A stretch of DNA of 64,000 bases from a bacterium (GCA_965213625.1 CBDBZU010000004.1:192001-256000), one strand, 5' to 3'. Shown: positions 1 through 10,094, numbered from the stretch's first letter. Notes: generated by a model from the sequence alone, not told the origin. A program made the numbers and translations.

Positions 1-2
1 CT

Positions 3-842
3 GAATACGTCTACGTGCGCTGCAAGCCGCGCACCGTGAAGACGGTCCGCTCCGTGGTTTGCAGGCACATCGTGCCTGCGCTCGGAAAACTGCCCCTCGC
101 ATCGGTCGAGCGCAAACACGTGGCGGAACTCCACCAGCGGCTGAGCGCCACGCCCGCGGCCGCCAACCAGGCCGTCCGGGCGCTGTCCGCGATGTACAAA
201 CTGGCCGAGAGCTGGGAACTTGTGCCTGACGGATTATCAAACCCCTGCCGCGCCATCTCCGAATACCCCGGGCGCCGTCGGGAGCGGTTCCTCACGGAAG
301 CGGAATTGGACCGTCTGGGGAGTGCCCTGGACGAGGCTGAGACGAAGGGAGGCGCGTCGGCGTCCGCGGTGGCCGCGATCCGTCTCCTGATACTGACCGG
401 CTGCCGTAAGTCGGAGATCCTTAACCTGCGCTGGGAGGACGTGGCGCTCGATCAAGCGGAACTGCGGCTTGCAGACTCCAAGACGGGCGCGCGGGTCGTT
501 TCGATCTCGGAACCCGCGGTCAAACTCCTCGCGGGTCTGCCACGCCTCCCCGGCGATCCATGGGTGATCCCCGGCAGGAAGCCGGGAACGCACCTCAGGA
601 AGCTCGATGACGCCTGGCAGTCCGTCCGCTCGCGCGCGGGGCTTCACGACGTGCGCCTCCATGACCTGCGCCATTCGTTCGCCTCGAGGGCTCTCGCGCT
701 CGGCGAGGGACTCACCGTGATAGGCAAACTCCTGGGCCACGCCCGGATCGAGACCACCTCGCGCTACGCGCATCTCGCGCGCGATTCGGTGCGCGAATCC
801 GCCGAGCGGGTCGCCGCGAGCATCGCCGAAGACCTGTTGTAG
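3..842 (+). CDS. Tyrosine recombinase/integrase (5'-partial, frame open at window start)
   Basis: TGCRKSE (R), DSKTG (K), HDLRHS (H-x-x-R), LGH and TSRYAH (Y) catalytic motifs. Confidence 0.93.
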   Translation, partial: EYVYVRCKPRTVKTVRSVVCRHIVPALGKLPLASVERKHVAELHQRLSATPAAANQAVRALSAMYKLAESWELVPDGLSNPCRAISEYPGRRRERFLTEAELDRLGSALDEAETKGGASASAVAAIRLLILTGCRKSEILNLRWEDVALDQAELRLADSKTGARVVSISEPAVKLLAGLPRLPGDPWVIPGRKPGTHLRKLDDAWQSVRSRAGLHDVRLHDLRHSFASRALALGEGLTVIGKLLGHARIETTSRYAHLARDSVRESAERVAASIAEDLL

Positions 843-858
843 GGCGCCTGCGATTTTT

Positions 859-1020
859 CTATAGCTCCAGTCCTCGATCCGATCGGCTCTTCTCCATCGC
901 CTCGTTCTGCTTCTCCGCCCCGATGCTCCCGGTTTTGCCCCCTCCGAGTACCTCCAGGGCTGCGATGCGCTCCCCCGGGGCGTCCTCTCCCTGAACCCGC
1001 TGCCCCGCTTCCGCCGTATT
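859..1020 (-). pseudogene. Possible 3' remnant of a relaxase-like gene
   Basis: Minus-strand frame ends ...AMEKSRSDRGLEL*, a tail typical of conjugative relaxases. No catalytic domain remains. Confidence 0.3.
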
Positions 1021-4000
1021 CTACCAGCGCGCGGTGAGGTCGACCCCGACGCCGTGGTCGGTCGTATCGTCCGCGGCCTCTCGCCGCGTGGCCTTTACGG
1101 CGAGCGAGAGGTCGGGGGCGCCTGCAGCCTCGGGTTCGAGGCGCCAGCCCACGTCGTAGTCCCGCGCCCCGGCCGAGAAGCCCCAGGCGAGGAAGGGAGA
1201 ACCCGTGAAGCGTCCGCCGAAGGCGGGCAGCCCCCAGGCCGCCTCCGCGCGCCAGCCGTCGCTCCGCCCGCCGGAGCGCTTCGCCAGCGGATCGGAGGCG
1301 AACAGCGCGTCGAGCCCGTCCGCGGCCGAACCGCCCAGGTCGCGCCGGAGCGCGAACGAAGCGCCCCGTTTGCTCCCGGGGTCCGGGTCATAGGTAAGCG
1401 AGGCCGATATCCCCCGGTCCTTCAGGTCCTCGTCCTCGTGCGCGAGCAGCGTGCGGCCCGATACGTCGAGCACGAGGCCGAGACGCCCGGCGGTGAGCGA
1501 TACCCCGGCGCCCACCTCGACGCCGAAGCCCGTCTCCGCGCCGCCCCCGTCGTGGCGCACCCCGAATTCGACCCGAGGCGCAACGACGCCGCCATCGAGC
1601 GTGAATTCACGGCTCCCCTCGATTCCCAGCCGAAGCCGGTTCACCTCGGAGCGCGAGGCCGAAAGCTCGCCGGTCTCATCCGAATCCGTGCGCGTCCACA
1701 GCGCGTCGGCGAGAAGGGCGAGGCTGAAGCTCCCGGGCTTCAAAAGGCCGCCCCTGAGTCCCGCCGCCGCCATGGACCACGTCGTGTCCGCGTCATAGCG
1801 GTCGCCCATGGCCGTCTCGAGCGTCACCTCGCCCGAACCGTAGCCGAGCGCGCCCCAGAGCTTCAGGCGTTCCGAGACCCGGAGCGAGGCATAGGGAACC
1901 GCCGCCGCCAGCGACGCCTCCACACTGCCGTCGCCCTCCCGCACGGCGCCGCTGCACAGGACCCTCCGCATCTCGGCATCCAGAGGCTGGGGACAGCGCA
2001 CGGAATCCGAACCGCTGCCTGCCCCGGAAACCGGTCCGCTGTCGGCATAGCCGCCTTCTCCGCTGCTATGCATCAGAGCCATGCCGACCAGCCAGTCGCC
2101 GCGCGCATAGTCCGCGCCCAGCATGGCCGTGGTCGCCTCGCCGTCGAGCGAGAAGCTGCCCTCCCGGCCGTCGAAGCTCGACTGCGCCGCCCGGCCCCAG
2201 AAGGCGAAGCTGCCGCCCGTGCCGTCCTTCTCCCCTGTCTGCGTGAAGTTCGAGCCTAATAGCAGGTCCCGCGTCGTCAGAAGGCGCTCCGGCGCACCTG
2301 CGCCGGAGCGGTACGACTCGCTGGCGAAGACCTCTCCCTCCCCGAGGGCGATGTGGCGGCCGCCCCCGGCCGTAATCGCGTGCGCCGCAGGCGACGCGCC
2401 GACAGGCTCGAAGGCGAGCGGCTGCCCGGCGATCGCGCCCTGCACCCCGGCGCTGCGCGAGGCCGCGATGCGACCGGCAATGCCGTCCAGCGCCTGCTCC
2501 GCCGCCGTGCGGCCGAAACGCGCCAGCCACGCCGCCGGCATCGGGTCGTCGTTGGTGATCGTGCCGACGGCGACGCCGTCGGTGATCGACACACCTTCAT
2601 CGGCGTCGAACAGGACCACCTCGAAGGTCTCCGGATCCTCGTCATGGCTGTCGTTGTAGATGTAGACGGGAATCCGCGCCGTCGTCTTGCCCGGGAATAT
2701 CGAGATCCGTGCCCGCCAGGCCCGCTTCCATTCGAAGTAGTCCCGGCCGGCCCTGGCCGAGACCGGTGTCGATTGGCGGGTCGCGTAGAGGATGGTGATT
2801 GTCCGGTCCGCGGGCTCGCTCATCGTCACCGTGAAATACACCGTGCCCTGGTTTTCCTTGAAGGTGGCGTCGGCGATGGAGATCGTCGGCCCAGACGACG
2901 CCGCGTCGTTGTCCGACACCGCCACCGTGGCCGCATTGTCCGGCGCCGCCGCCACCGTGTAGCCCGCGCCGGCATCCACGCTCGCCGTGATCGAGCCGTC
3001 CGGCTCGTCCGCCGCGTCGTCCACCGTGGCGACCTCCACGTCCACGCTGCCCGTGACCGGGACGGTGACCGTCCTCGAGCCCGTCTCGCCCGAAGCGGCG
3101 AAGGCGCCGCTCTGGCCGACGGTCAGCGTTATGTCGAGCGGCGCCGCAGGCGCCGGCTCGGCATTGACCGTGAAGCCGGCCGGGGCGCCTTCCGTCACCC
3201 CGCCGCCGGCGACGATGCTCACCACCGGCTCGTCATCGTCGCGCACCGTCACCGCGGCGCTGCCCTTGCCCCCGGCCACCGTGTATCCCGCGCCCGTGCC
3301 GAGGGTGACGCTCACCGAGCCGTCGGCCTCGTCCGCCGCATCGTCCACCGTGGCAACGGAGAGCGCGACGCTGGCGGCCCCTGCTGTCAGGACCACCGTC
3401 CGGCTGCCCGCGCCGGGCGCATCCAGATACTCGCCGCTCTGGGCGACGGTGAAGGCAATCGTCAGGTCGGACTGCGGCGCCGGGTCGGCCGTGACCGTGA
3501 AGGCGGCATTGCCGCCCTCGTCCACGGCGGACCCCGCCGAGAGGCTGAGCGCGGGCGTGGCCGGCGTCGCCGGCTGTTCCTCGGCCTGTTCCGCCGGCGC
3601 CGCCGCCAGGCATTCCAGCGCCTCGAGCACCGGGGTCCAGCGCTTAAGGCCGCGATCCGCCTGCGCCCGCGCCTCGGCGACGGTCATCGGGTTGTTGCTG
3701 TAGGCATTGCTCTCCCCGAAGGCGGCAAGCACCCGGCTCCAGCGCTCGACATGGCCCGAAGTCCGCCAGGTTTCGCTCGCAGCCTTCCGGGCGTCGGCAA
3801 GCAGGGCGCCGGAGACGCAGGAAGGTGTCTCAACCGACGCGGCTTCTTGCTGGGGTGAGCCCTGGCCGTCGCCGACGGTGATGGTGACCCAGGCAAAGCC
3901 GTCAAGGATGCCGCGCCGCCTGCTCGTCGTTGACGTGCCGCCGCTCGAATTTGGACGTGTCTCGAGCAGCACCTTTGGTATCGCGGCCAGCCTGAAATGC

Positions 4001-6066
4001 ATGACCGTGGGCGCCGCCGGGGCGGGGAAGGTGGCAGTTTGACCGTCCCTCTGCACGCCTCCCTGGACGACCATGTCCGAGTCCGGGCTGTCCACTTGCC
4101 GCCACCGCCAGGCAAGATCGGTGCTGGCCCAGGGCCCGGAGGCGGTGCCCGACAGGGTGACCTGCTGCCCGGTGGCGACCGTCTGGTCGGTGCCGGCATT
4201 CGCCGTCGGCCTGAACGGGGCGCCGGGGTTGTCTTCCAACCAATGTGTCGCCAACGCCAGATTGTTCTTGAACACGCCATCCGGCAGCGCAGCGAGCCTG
4301 TTGTTATTCAGATACAGAACCCTGAGATTTGTGAGATTGTCAAAGACGCTTGGCCGCAGCGTCGTCAGCTGGTTTCTGTCCAAATCCAGCGTCATCAACC
4401 CCGCGAGGTCGTCGAAGATGCCCGCCGGCAGCGTTGTCAGGCTGTTTCGATCAATCCGCAGGCGCTTCAGATTGGTGAGCCCGTCGAAATCGCCCGCCTT
4501 CAGACTGCTCAACCCCTTATTGAATAAATTCAGGGGGTTGCTGTGGACGTCGCCGCTGATGGCCGCCAGATGTGTGTCGGTCACGTCGCGGCAGTGGCTG
4601 ACGCTGCCGATCATGCGGACAATCTCGTCGCGCACCGCCTTCGTGCGCCCGCAGATGCCGGCGTGCTCGACCGTGACCGGCCAAGTCGGCGACCAGTGAC
4701 GACGGGTTTCATGGGCCCAGGTGAAGTCACGTTCCGCCGAGACCACAAGCTTGGTATCGCCGACGCCGACGCCTTCCAGGCGCACCCACTGTTCGCGGCT
4801 GGACGGCGTGAAGACCATAGTGTCCATGAGGACGCCGTCAACGCGAGGTTGCCCGTCCCGTCTCGTCGCCCTGAGCACATTGCCGACCGGCTCGGTAAAG
4901 AGATGGACATCGACTCTCGCGCTGCTTCCGTTGGGCAGCATCCTTTCGCCGATCCTGATCTTGAAATCCATGGTGGCTCCCTCGGCCAGGGTGATCGTCT
5001 GGCCCGCGGGGGGCAGGCCCGACGCGACGATCTCCACCGGCGGCGTCTGCTCATTGACGCGGACCCAGACCTTGCCCCTGTCCTGAACGGATGTCGACTC
5101 CATGCGGTGCTCAAGGGGCACCGCATCCGGGAAATGGTCGGTGCAGGCCACCTTGACCTTGACCGTTTGCCACTCGTTCCAGTTGGACGGCGTGAAGGTC
5201 AGCGTCGGCTTGCCGATACCGTTACGGCCGTTCGAAGCCCGCCTGTCGGGCCCCACAAAGACGCGGTTCAGCGTCCGGTGGGTGTTGTTGCCCCACCAGA
5301 TGAGGTCGTTGGGGTCATAGACGGTGACTTTCACCGTACCCGACGGCGGTGACTTCAGCTTGACCTGATAGGTCGGCCCGGGGGCGCTGGCGGGAAGCTC
5401 CATGCTCGCCCCCGGGGTGGACATGTATGTGTTGGGATAGGTCGGTCTGACGGCCAGGGCACGTTGTCGGCGCTGTTGGGCGGTGCCGCCGGTAATCTTG
5501 TTACCGCTTAGATCGTAGTATTCGAGCTGGCCGCAGCCCTTACTCTCGTTCCAGGTCAGGTGCGTGGTGCTGAACTCCAGGTCGGGGGTCTGCGCCTGCG
5601 CGCTCGCGGCGAAGCCGGGCAACAACAGCGGCAGTCCGAGCAACACAGCGGCAAGGCTCCGGCGCAGGCTGCCCGCGAACGCAGTGGAAGCAACGGGACG
5701 ATCGGAGGAAGAAGCGGGCCGGCGGGTTGTGGGGCAACCGCCGGAAGAACCGAGAGGCTCAGACCGGGCGGCAGAGTACCTCAGGCGGCGCCACCACGGA
5801 GATGTAGCAAGAGCGGCTCGGCTCGGCTCGGCTCGGCTCGGCTCGGCTCGGCTCGGCTCGGCTCGGCTCGGCTCGGCTCGGCTCGGCTCGGCTCGGCTCG
5901 GCTCGGCTCGGCTCGGCTCGGCTCGATTATGCAAAGACCCCCGGAGCCGGTTTGTCAACCCCCCGGAACGGATTTTCCGGATATCCCCGCCTCGCGCGGC
6001 GCAGAACCGGTACCCGGATTCACACAATTTCTTCCATCCCCTGAAAAACGTGCTCAGTGTCTTCAT
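1021..6066 (-). CDS. Giant autotransporter-like surface protein: extended leader, leucine-rich repeats, Calx-beta/Ig-like domains, C-terminal beta-barrel
   Basis: GAGGT SD before ATG 6066; signal-like RRSLAAVLLGLPLLLPGFAASAQAQ; LRRs (LKAGDFDGLTNLKRLRIDRNSLTTLPAGIFD...); Calx-beta (NDSHDEDPETFEVVL); DPMPAAWLARFGR linker; barrel ending in W. Confidence 0.85.
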   Translation of the reverse strand: MKTLSTFFRGWKKLCESGYRFCAARGGDIRKIRSGGLTNRLRGSLHNRAEPSRAEPSRAEPSRAEPSRAEPSRAEPSRAEPSRAALATSPWWRRLRYSAARSEPLGSSGGCPTTRRPASSSDRPVASTAFAGSLRRSLAAVLLGLPLLLPGFAASAQAQTPDLEFSTTHLTWNESKGCGQLEYYDLSGNKITGGTAQQRRQRALAVRPTYPNTYMSTPGASMELPASAPGPTYQVKLKSPPSGTVKVTVYDPNDLIWWGNNTHRTLNRVFVGPDRRASNGRNGIGKPTLTFTPSNWNEWQTVKVKVACTDHFPDAVPLEHRMESTSVQDRGKVWVRVNEQTPPVEIVASGLPPAGQTITLAEGATMDFKIRIGERMLPNGSSARVDVHLFTEPVGNVLRATRRDGQPRVDGVLMDTMVFTPSSREQWVRLEGVGVGDTKLVVSAERDFTWAHETRRHWSPTWPVTVEHAGICGRTKAVRDEIVRMIGSVSHCRDVTDTHLAAISGDVHSNPLNLFNKGLSSLKAGDFDGLTNLKRLRIDRNSLTTLPAGIFDDLAGLMTLDLDRNQLTTLRPSVFDNLTNLRVLYLNNNRLAALPDGVFKNNLALATHWLEDNPGAPFRPTANAGTDQTVATGQQVTLSGTASGPWASTDLAWRWRQVDSPDSDMVVQGGVQRDGQTATFPAPAAPTVMHFRLAAIPKVLLETRPNSSGGTSTTSRRRGILDGFAWVTITVGDGQGSPQQEAASVETPSCVSGALLADARKAASETWRTSGHVERWSRVLAAFGESNAYSNNPMTVAEARAQADRGLKRWTPVLEALECLAAAPAEQAEEQPATPATPALSLSAGSAVDEGGNAAFTVTADPAPQSDLTIAFTVAQSGEYLDAPGAGSRTVVLTAGAASVALSVATVDDAADEADGSVSVTLGTGAGYTVAGGKGSAAVTVRDDDEPVVSIVAGGGVTEGAPAGFTVNAEPAPAAPLDITLTVGQSGAFAASGETGSRTVTVPVTGSVDVEVATVDDAADEPDGSITASVDAGAGYTVAAAPDNAATVAVSDNDAASSGPTISIADATFKENQGTVYFTVTMSEPADRTITILYATRQSTPVSARAGRDYFEWKRAWRARISIFPGKTTARIPVYIYNDSHDEDPETFEVVLFDADEGVSITDGVAVGTITNDDPMPAAWLARFGRTAAEQALDGIAGRIAASRSAGVQGAIAGQPLAFEPVGASPAAHAITAGGGRHIALGEGEVFASESYRSGAGAPERLLTTRDLLLGSNFTQTGEKDGTGGSFAFWGRAAQSSFDGREGSFSLDGEATTAMLGADYARGDWLVGMALMHSSGEGGYADSGPVSGAGSGSDSVRCPQPLDAEMRRVLCSGAVREGDGSVEASLAAAVPYASLRVSERLKLWGALGYGSGEVTLETAMGDRYDADTTWSMAAAGLRGGLLKPGSFSLALLADALWTRTDSDETGELSASRSEVNRLRLGIEGSREFTLDGGVVAPRVEFGVRHDGGGAETGFGVEVGAGVSLTAGRLGLVLDVSGRTLLAHEDEDLKDRGISASLTYDPDPGSKRGASFALRRDLGGSAADGLDALFASDPLAKRSGGRSDGWRAEAAWGLPAFGGRFTGSPFLAWGFSAGARDYDVGWRLEPEAAGAPDLSLAVKATRREAADDTTDHGVGVDLTARW
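5816..5925. repeat. Simple sequence repeat (GCTCG)x22 inside the adhesin leader, encoding AEPSR repeats
   Basis: Counted directly: 22 perfect 5-bp units, 110 bp. Confidence 0.97.
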
Positions 6067-6947
6067 CGTGACCTCGCTCCAATAAGTTCCCGGAAACCCC
6101 ACACCTTAAAATGAAAGTTTTCAAAAACATAGAACTTGAATGCTTACGTAAATTATAAAACAATGGCGCACGAAAGCAACCCCCCCTGCGCCTCACACCC
6201 TGGGCAAGACCCGGAGCGCCGTGGACGCGGCCGCCGGGGAGCGGTCTCCGCCTCCCTGTGGACCCTACGGCGCTCCCGTGCGTCCTGTGGCGGGGGTTTC
6301 GCCACGGGGACTGGACGGCCTTCGCCCGCTGCCGGCTCCCCGACGGGAGGGAAGAGCGCTACGCCTGGCGCCGCGAACTGGTGGAGCAGGTACTTCACGG
6401 CCACGACCCGGACGCACCCTTCCCGTGAAAGACCCCGGCGCGCTTTGCGCCGCCAAGAGGCCGAGCCGGGCCGGGAGGAGGCGGCGGAAGGGGTCCGGGA
6501 GGGAGGCTCTCCTTCTCCGGTCAGTACCGGTCGCCGCCATCATCCACCCATTCCAAGGAGGCCGCGCGATGCATAAACCGAAAAGAGAAGCGAACACCTT
6601 CCTCACCCATCTCTCAGGCCGGGGACTGGCGGACGAGCGATACGAGGTAAGGCGCTACAAATCCACGGGCGGGGGCGAGCTCAGACCCCTGCCCGCCGGG
6701 GAGAAGGGCGGGCGCAGGATGAAGCGCGTGACGGCTTCCCGCCGTGCGGTCCGGGAGATGCGGCCCGCGCGGGATGAACTCATCGTCTGCACGGGGATCA
6801 AAATCCCCGGTAGCGGCCTGCAGCTCTGGGGCGAACACTTGGTCGGGGAAAAATGCTGTGCCGGTGAGGCTTCCCGGCCCCCGCCGGGAGGACGTCCTGC
6901 CGGGCGCCGGCCGTACGGATTCCATCCACCCAAGGGAGGGAGAGAGG

Positions 6948-7760
6948 ATGCCCCACAAGGACCCGGAGCGAAGACGCGCTTTCGAACGCGAACGCCACAG
7001 GCGCCGGACGGCCAAACGCAAGGAAATGGGCCTTTGTCCAAAATGCGGGAAAAAACCTCCTGCGCCCGGGCGAAGCCTATGCGAGGTCTGCCTCGATAGA
7101 AGCCGAGTCGCCGAGCGCGCCCGCTACTTGAGAGCCCGGGCGGGGGGAACTGCATACGGCGGGCGGGATCCCGAGAGCCGCCGGCGCATGGCGCGCGAGA
7201 GGGCGATAAAGCGAAGGCGCGAGCGGCTGGAGGCCGGGTTATGCTCTCGCTGCGGACACGAGCCCGTAGAGGACGGCGCCGTATGCGGGAGTTGCCGGGA
7301 GGAACGCCGCGCGGCGGAAAAGAGGCTCTATGAAAAAAGACGCTCCAGGAACCTTTGCGGTCGTTGCGGAGGCGCCGTAACCGGAAAGGCTTCGACGTGC
7401 GCTTCGTGCGCCAAAAGGGATTCAAAGCGCCGTCCGCTCAAGAACGCCGCCAGCCGGGCGCGCTATCATACAAGGCGCGCCCGCGGGGCATGTGTTGACT
7501 GCGCAGCCCCCTCTCATGGAGCAGCCAGGTGTGAGGCGTGCGCCAGGCGATCGTATTTCTCATCGGGCGAACACCGGGGAATGCCCGTCCATCCACCACG
7601 CTACACCGTGGTGGAACTGGCCACGGGCATCGAGCACGGACCTTTGGACTCCTGGGAGGAGGTCGCCATGTGCCTCGCCTTCGCGAAACTCTCACGCGAT
7701 GAGGTCGAGGTCGTGGAGGATGCCTGCGTGATGGCGAAACTCACCGCGGCTCCCTGGTGA
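6948..7760 (+). CDS. Arg-rich protein with four tandem C-x2-C...C-x2-C zinc-ribbon repeats
   Basis: Purine-rich SD before ATG 6948; GLCPKCG..CEVC, GLCSRCG..CGSC, NLCGRCG..CASC, GACVDC..CEAC. Confidence 0.75.
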   Translation: MPHKDPERRRAFERERHRRRTAKRKEMGLCPKCGKKPPAPGRSLCEVCLDRSRVAERARYLRARAGGTAYGGRDPESRRRMARERAIKRRRERLEAGLCSRCGHEPVEDGAVCGSCREERRAAEKRLYEKRRSRNLCGRCGGAVTGKASTCASCAKRDSKRRPLKNAASRARYHTRRARGACVDCAAPSHGAARCEACARRSYFSSGEHRGMPVHPPRYTVVELATGIEHGPLDSWEEVAMCLAFAKLSRDEVEVVEDACVMAKLTAAPW

Positions 7761-7878
7761 GCGCGCCTGCACGTGCCGCCGACGCCGACCTGCTCCGCAG
7801 CCGGCCCCACGGCGTCTGGATTCCTGCGGGAGGCTTCGACGGGGGGAGTCGACCTGTATCGGACGTCTCCGCGGGGCC

Positions 7879-8286
7879 TCAGGACCAGGGGCGGTACGGC
7901 CCCTGAGACCTCCCGCGCCCCGGCCGCCTTGACGAAGGGGCGAATCCCGGGCCGCGGGGCCGACGCTCGAGGCGCCACACCGCCATCCATACCGGAAAAG
8001 AGACCAGGAGCGCCTGAACGCCCACGGGGAGCGGACCGAGGAAGCCCATCACAGAGGCCGCGCCGAGTAGCAACCACGCCACCAGGGAGGGACCCGGATA
8101 GCCCGAGCGGGCAAGTCGCCGGCAGGCGAGCGCGAGGGGGATGCCGCACGGAGCGGCGGGCAGCAACTCCAGGACGTCAAGCAGCGTATCTGCACCCTCC
8201 ATTGACCCGGTGCGCAGAACCTCCTCTGCGATAATCCCCGCAGGCAGCCACAGCAGCGCCGGCAACCAGAGCTTGAGTCGTTCCAT
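7879..8286 (-). CDS. Small membrane protein
   Basis: GGAGGAGGT SD before ATG 8286 (MERLKLWLPALLW...); several hydrophobic segments. Confidence 0.55.
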   Translation of the reverse strand: MERLKLWLPALLWLPAGIIAEEVLRTGSMEGADTLLDVLELLPAAPCGIPLALACRRLARSGYPGPSLVAWLLLGAASVMGFLGPLPVGVQALLVSFPVWMAVWRLERRPRGPGFAPSSRRPGRGRSQGPYRPWS

Positions 8287-8488
8287 ACCTCCTCCCTTCC
8301 TCACCTCCGTGCGCTGTCTGACACGAATCCGCGGTAAAGGCAAACACCTTGCGCGAGTGGTTCCCGCCGGGTGAGAACCTCCTCTCGAGAGTGAAAGGGA
8401 AGCGGAGAGCCGGGCAAATACCCGGTAGGGGGGAGGGAGACGGTCTCCAGTTCCCGCCGCCGGGGACAACCCGAGAGGAGGCACGGCC

Positions 8489-8620
8489 ATGTACGAGAAC
8501 GACTACGACGTCGACGTTCCCACCGCGGATGAGTTGCTCGCAGAACTCGGACTCGATGCGTACACGATCCGCAAGCTGCGCGCCGAGGCGGACGGCGAAG
8601 TGGAGTTTTGTAGCGTTTAG
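8489..8620 (+). CDS. 43-aa acidic small protein (not in the ORF track)
   Basis: GAGGAGG SD; MYENDYDVDVPTADELLAELGLDAYTIRKLRAEADGEVEFCSV*; lies directly upstream of ssb. Confidence 0.6.
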   Translation: MYENDYDVDVPTADELLAELGLDAYTIRKLRAEADGEVEFCSV

Positions 8621-8700
8621 GACGAACGGGGGGGGTCGGGGAGAGAGGATTTCCGGCTCCTCGACTTTATCATCCACACTACACTTCAAGGAGTAACAAA

Positions 8701-9126
8701 ATGGCATTCGGACTGAACCGTGCGGAACTGATCGGGCGCTTAGGCGCCGACGTCACCATCAACCATCTCGCGAGCGGGGGACGCGTCGCAAATCTATCCA
8801 TCGCCACCGATGAGGGCTACGTGGACAAGCAATCCGGTGAGAGGGTGGAGAAAACGGAGTGGCATAGGATCGTGACCTTCCAGCCCGGCCTGGTGGACAT
8901 GTTCGAGCGGCACGCGAAGAAAGGCCGTCTGGTCTACGTCGCGGGCAAGCTCCAGACCCGTCGCTGGAAGAAGGACGAGGAGGATTCGGAACGCTTCTCG
9001 ACCGAGATACTCGTAGCACCCGGCGGGGTCGTCCAGTTTTTGGACAAGGCGAACGGGAACAACAACGGCAACGGCGTGCCCGTCGCCGCAGGGGTCGGGG
9101 GTGAGGAGGAGGACATCCGGTTTTAA
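8701..9126 (+). CDS. ssb: Single-stranded DNA-binding protein (mobile-element type)
   Basis: LNRAELIGRLGAD, KTEWHRIV, GKLQTRRW, acidic tail EEDIRF; AAGGAG SD. Confidence 0.95.
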   Translation: MAFGLNRAELIGRLGADVTINHLASGGRVANLSIATDEGYVDKQSGERVEKTEWHRIVTFQPGLVDMFERHAKKGRLVYVAGKLQTRRWKKDEEDSERFSTEILVAPGGVVQFLDKANGNNNGNGVPVAAGVGGEEEDIRF

Positions 9127-9134
9127 GTGCTCAC

Positions 9135-9170
9135 AAGGGGTCGGCGCCATCACGCGCGTCGACCCCTTTT
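9135..9170 (+). terminator. Intrinsic terminator after ssb
   Basis: AAGGGGTCGGCGC...GCGTCGACCCC followed by TTTT. Confidence 0.75.
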
Positions 9171-9495
9171 CTTATGCCCGTTGTCCGGAGGAAGTCCACC
9201 GCCGAAGCGCCCGCGCCTTTCCCTCCCTGTAGGCTTCTCTCGTCTACCGGGAACACCTCGATAGCCTCCGGTTCCGTGAACGATAAACCATGTTCACGGA
9301 AGATCGGCTTGCGCCTGCGATCATTCCATGCTCAAGACAGTGGCTCGGTCCACCCCCCGCTGCGGGAATTCCGGGCCGAATAACGGCCCGAAATGACCCT
9401 TTCCGCAGCATGAGAGATTGTTTCCCGATGAGCTTCGCCTTCATCGTGAAACACCAGAAACTCTTGTGTCCCGGTGACGGTACTAGTGTCTCTCT

Positions 9496-9686
9496 CTTAG
9501 CGTCCTCATTTTAGCACGCACGGCGCGGGGTCAAGGGTGCTTTTGCAAATAACGCAAAAGCATCTTTTTTTCAGAAAAAATCGGTGGAGCATGGATTTTT
9601 TCCGCTGCGCGCCCTCCGGGTGAAAAAAAGACTGAAAACCGCCCCTGACGCCCACGCCTAGCACGTGCTGAAAATGGGACGCCAAG
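9496..9686. promoter_or_regulatory. Long imperfect inverted repeat with -35/-10-like boxes (Frpo/ssi-like single-strand promoter candidate)
   Basis: Arm 9496-9545 pairs with arm 9635-9686 and encloses two small hairpins. The arms carry TTGACC...TGCTAAAAT and CTGACG...TGCTGAAAAT. Confidence 0.55.
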
Positions 9687-9722
9687 AAACGCATCCGTTA
9701 ACTCTCTGGAAAGGAGAAAGGC

Positions 9723-10094
9723 ATGGATACCACCGTGGTGAACTTGAACGACTACGTTGCAGAAAACGGCAGCGGCCTGCTGGTGAGGATCGACCGCATG
9801 ACGAAGTGGGGGAATCCCTTCCGGCTCGGCGCCGACGGCGACCGCGACGACGTCATCGAGAAATACCGCCAATGGCTGTGGAGAAAAATCCAGAATGAGG
9901 AGGTCAACCTCTACGAACTCGCCGACCTCCAGGGCTGCGAGCTCGGCTGCCACTGCCGGCCCCTCCCGTGCCACGGCGACGTCCTCGCCCGCGCCGCTGA
10001 ATGGGCAGCCGGGTATCTCGACGAGATGCCCAGGGAAGTGGGGCGCAACGAGCGTGGATACGCTCTTCCCGAATTCGACCATCCCCTCGCTTGA
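9723..10094 (+). CDS. DUF4326-family protein
   Basis: IDRMTKWGNPF...RDDVIEKYRQWL...LGCHCRPLPCHGDVL signature; AAGGAG SD. Confidence 0.85.
   Translation: MDTTVVNLNDYVAENGSGLLVRIDRMTKWGNPFRLGADGDRDDVIEKYRQWLWRKIQNEEVNLYELADLQGCELGCHCRPLPCHGDVLARAAEWAAGYLDEMPREVGRNERGYALPEFDHPLA

Noticed and set aside
6569-6950. ORF starting MHKPKREANTF after an AAGGAGG SD
   Set aside because: No recognisable motif, and it runs into the Zn-ribbon gene out of frame. Possibly a decayed gene, but not supportable.
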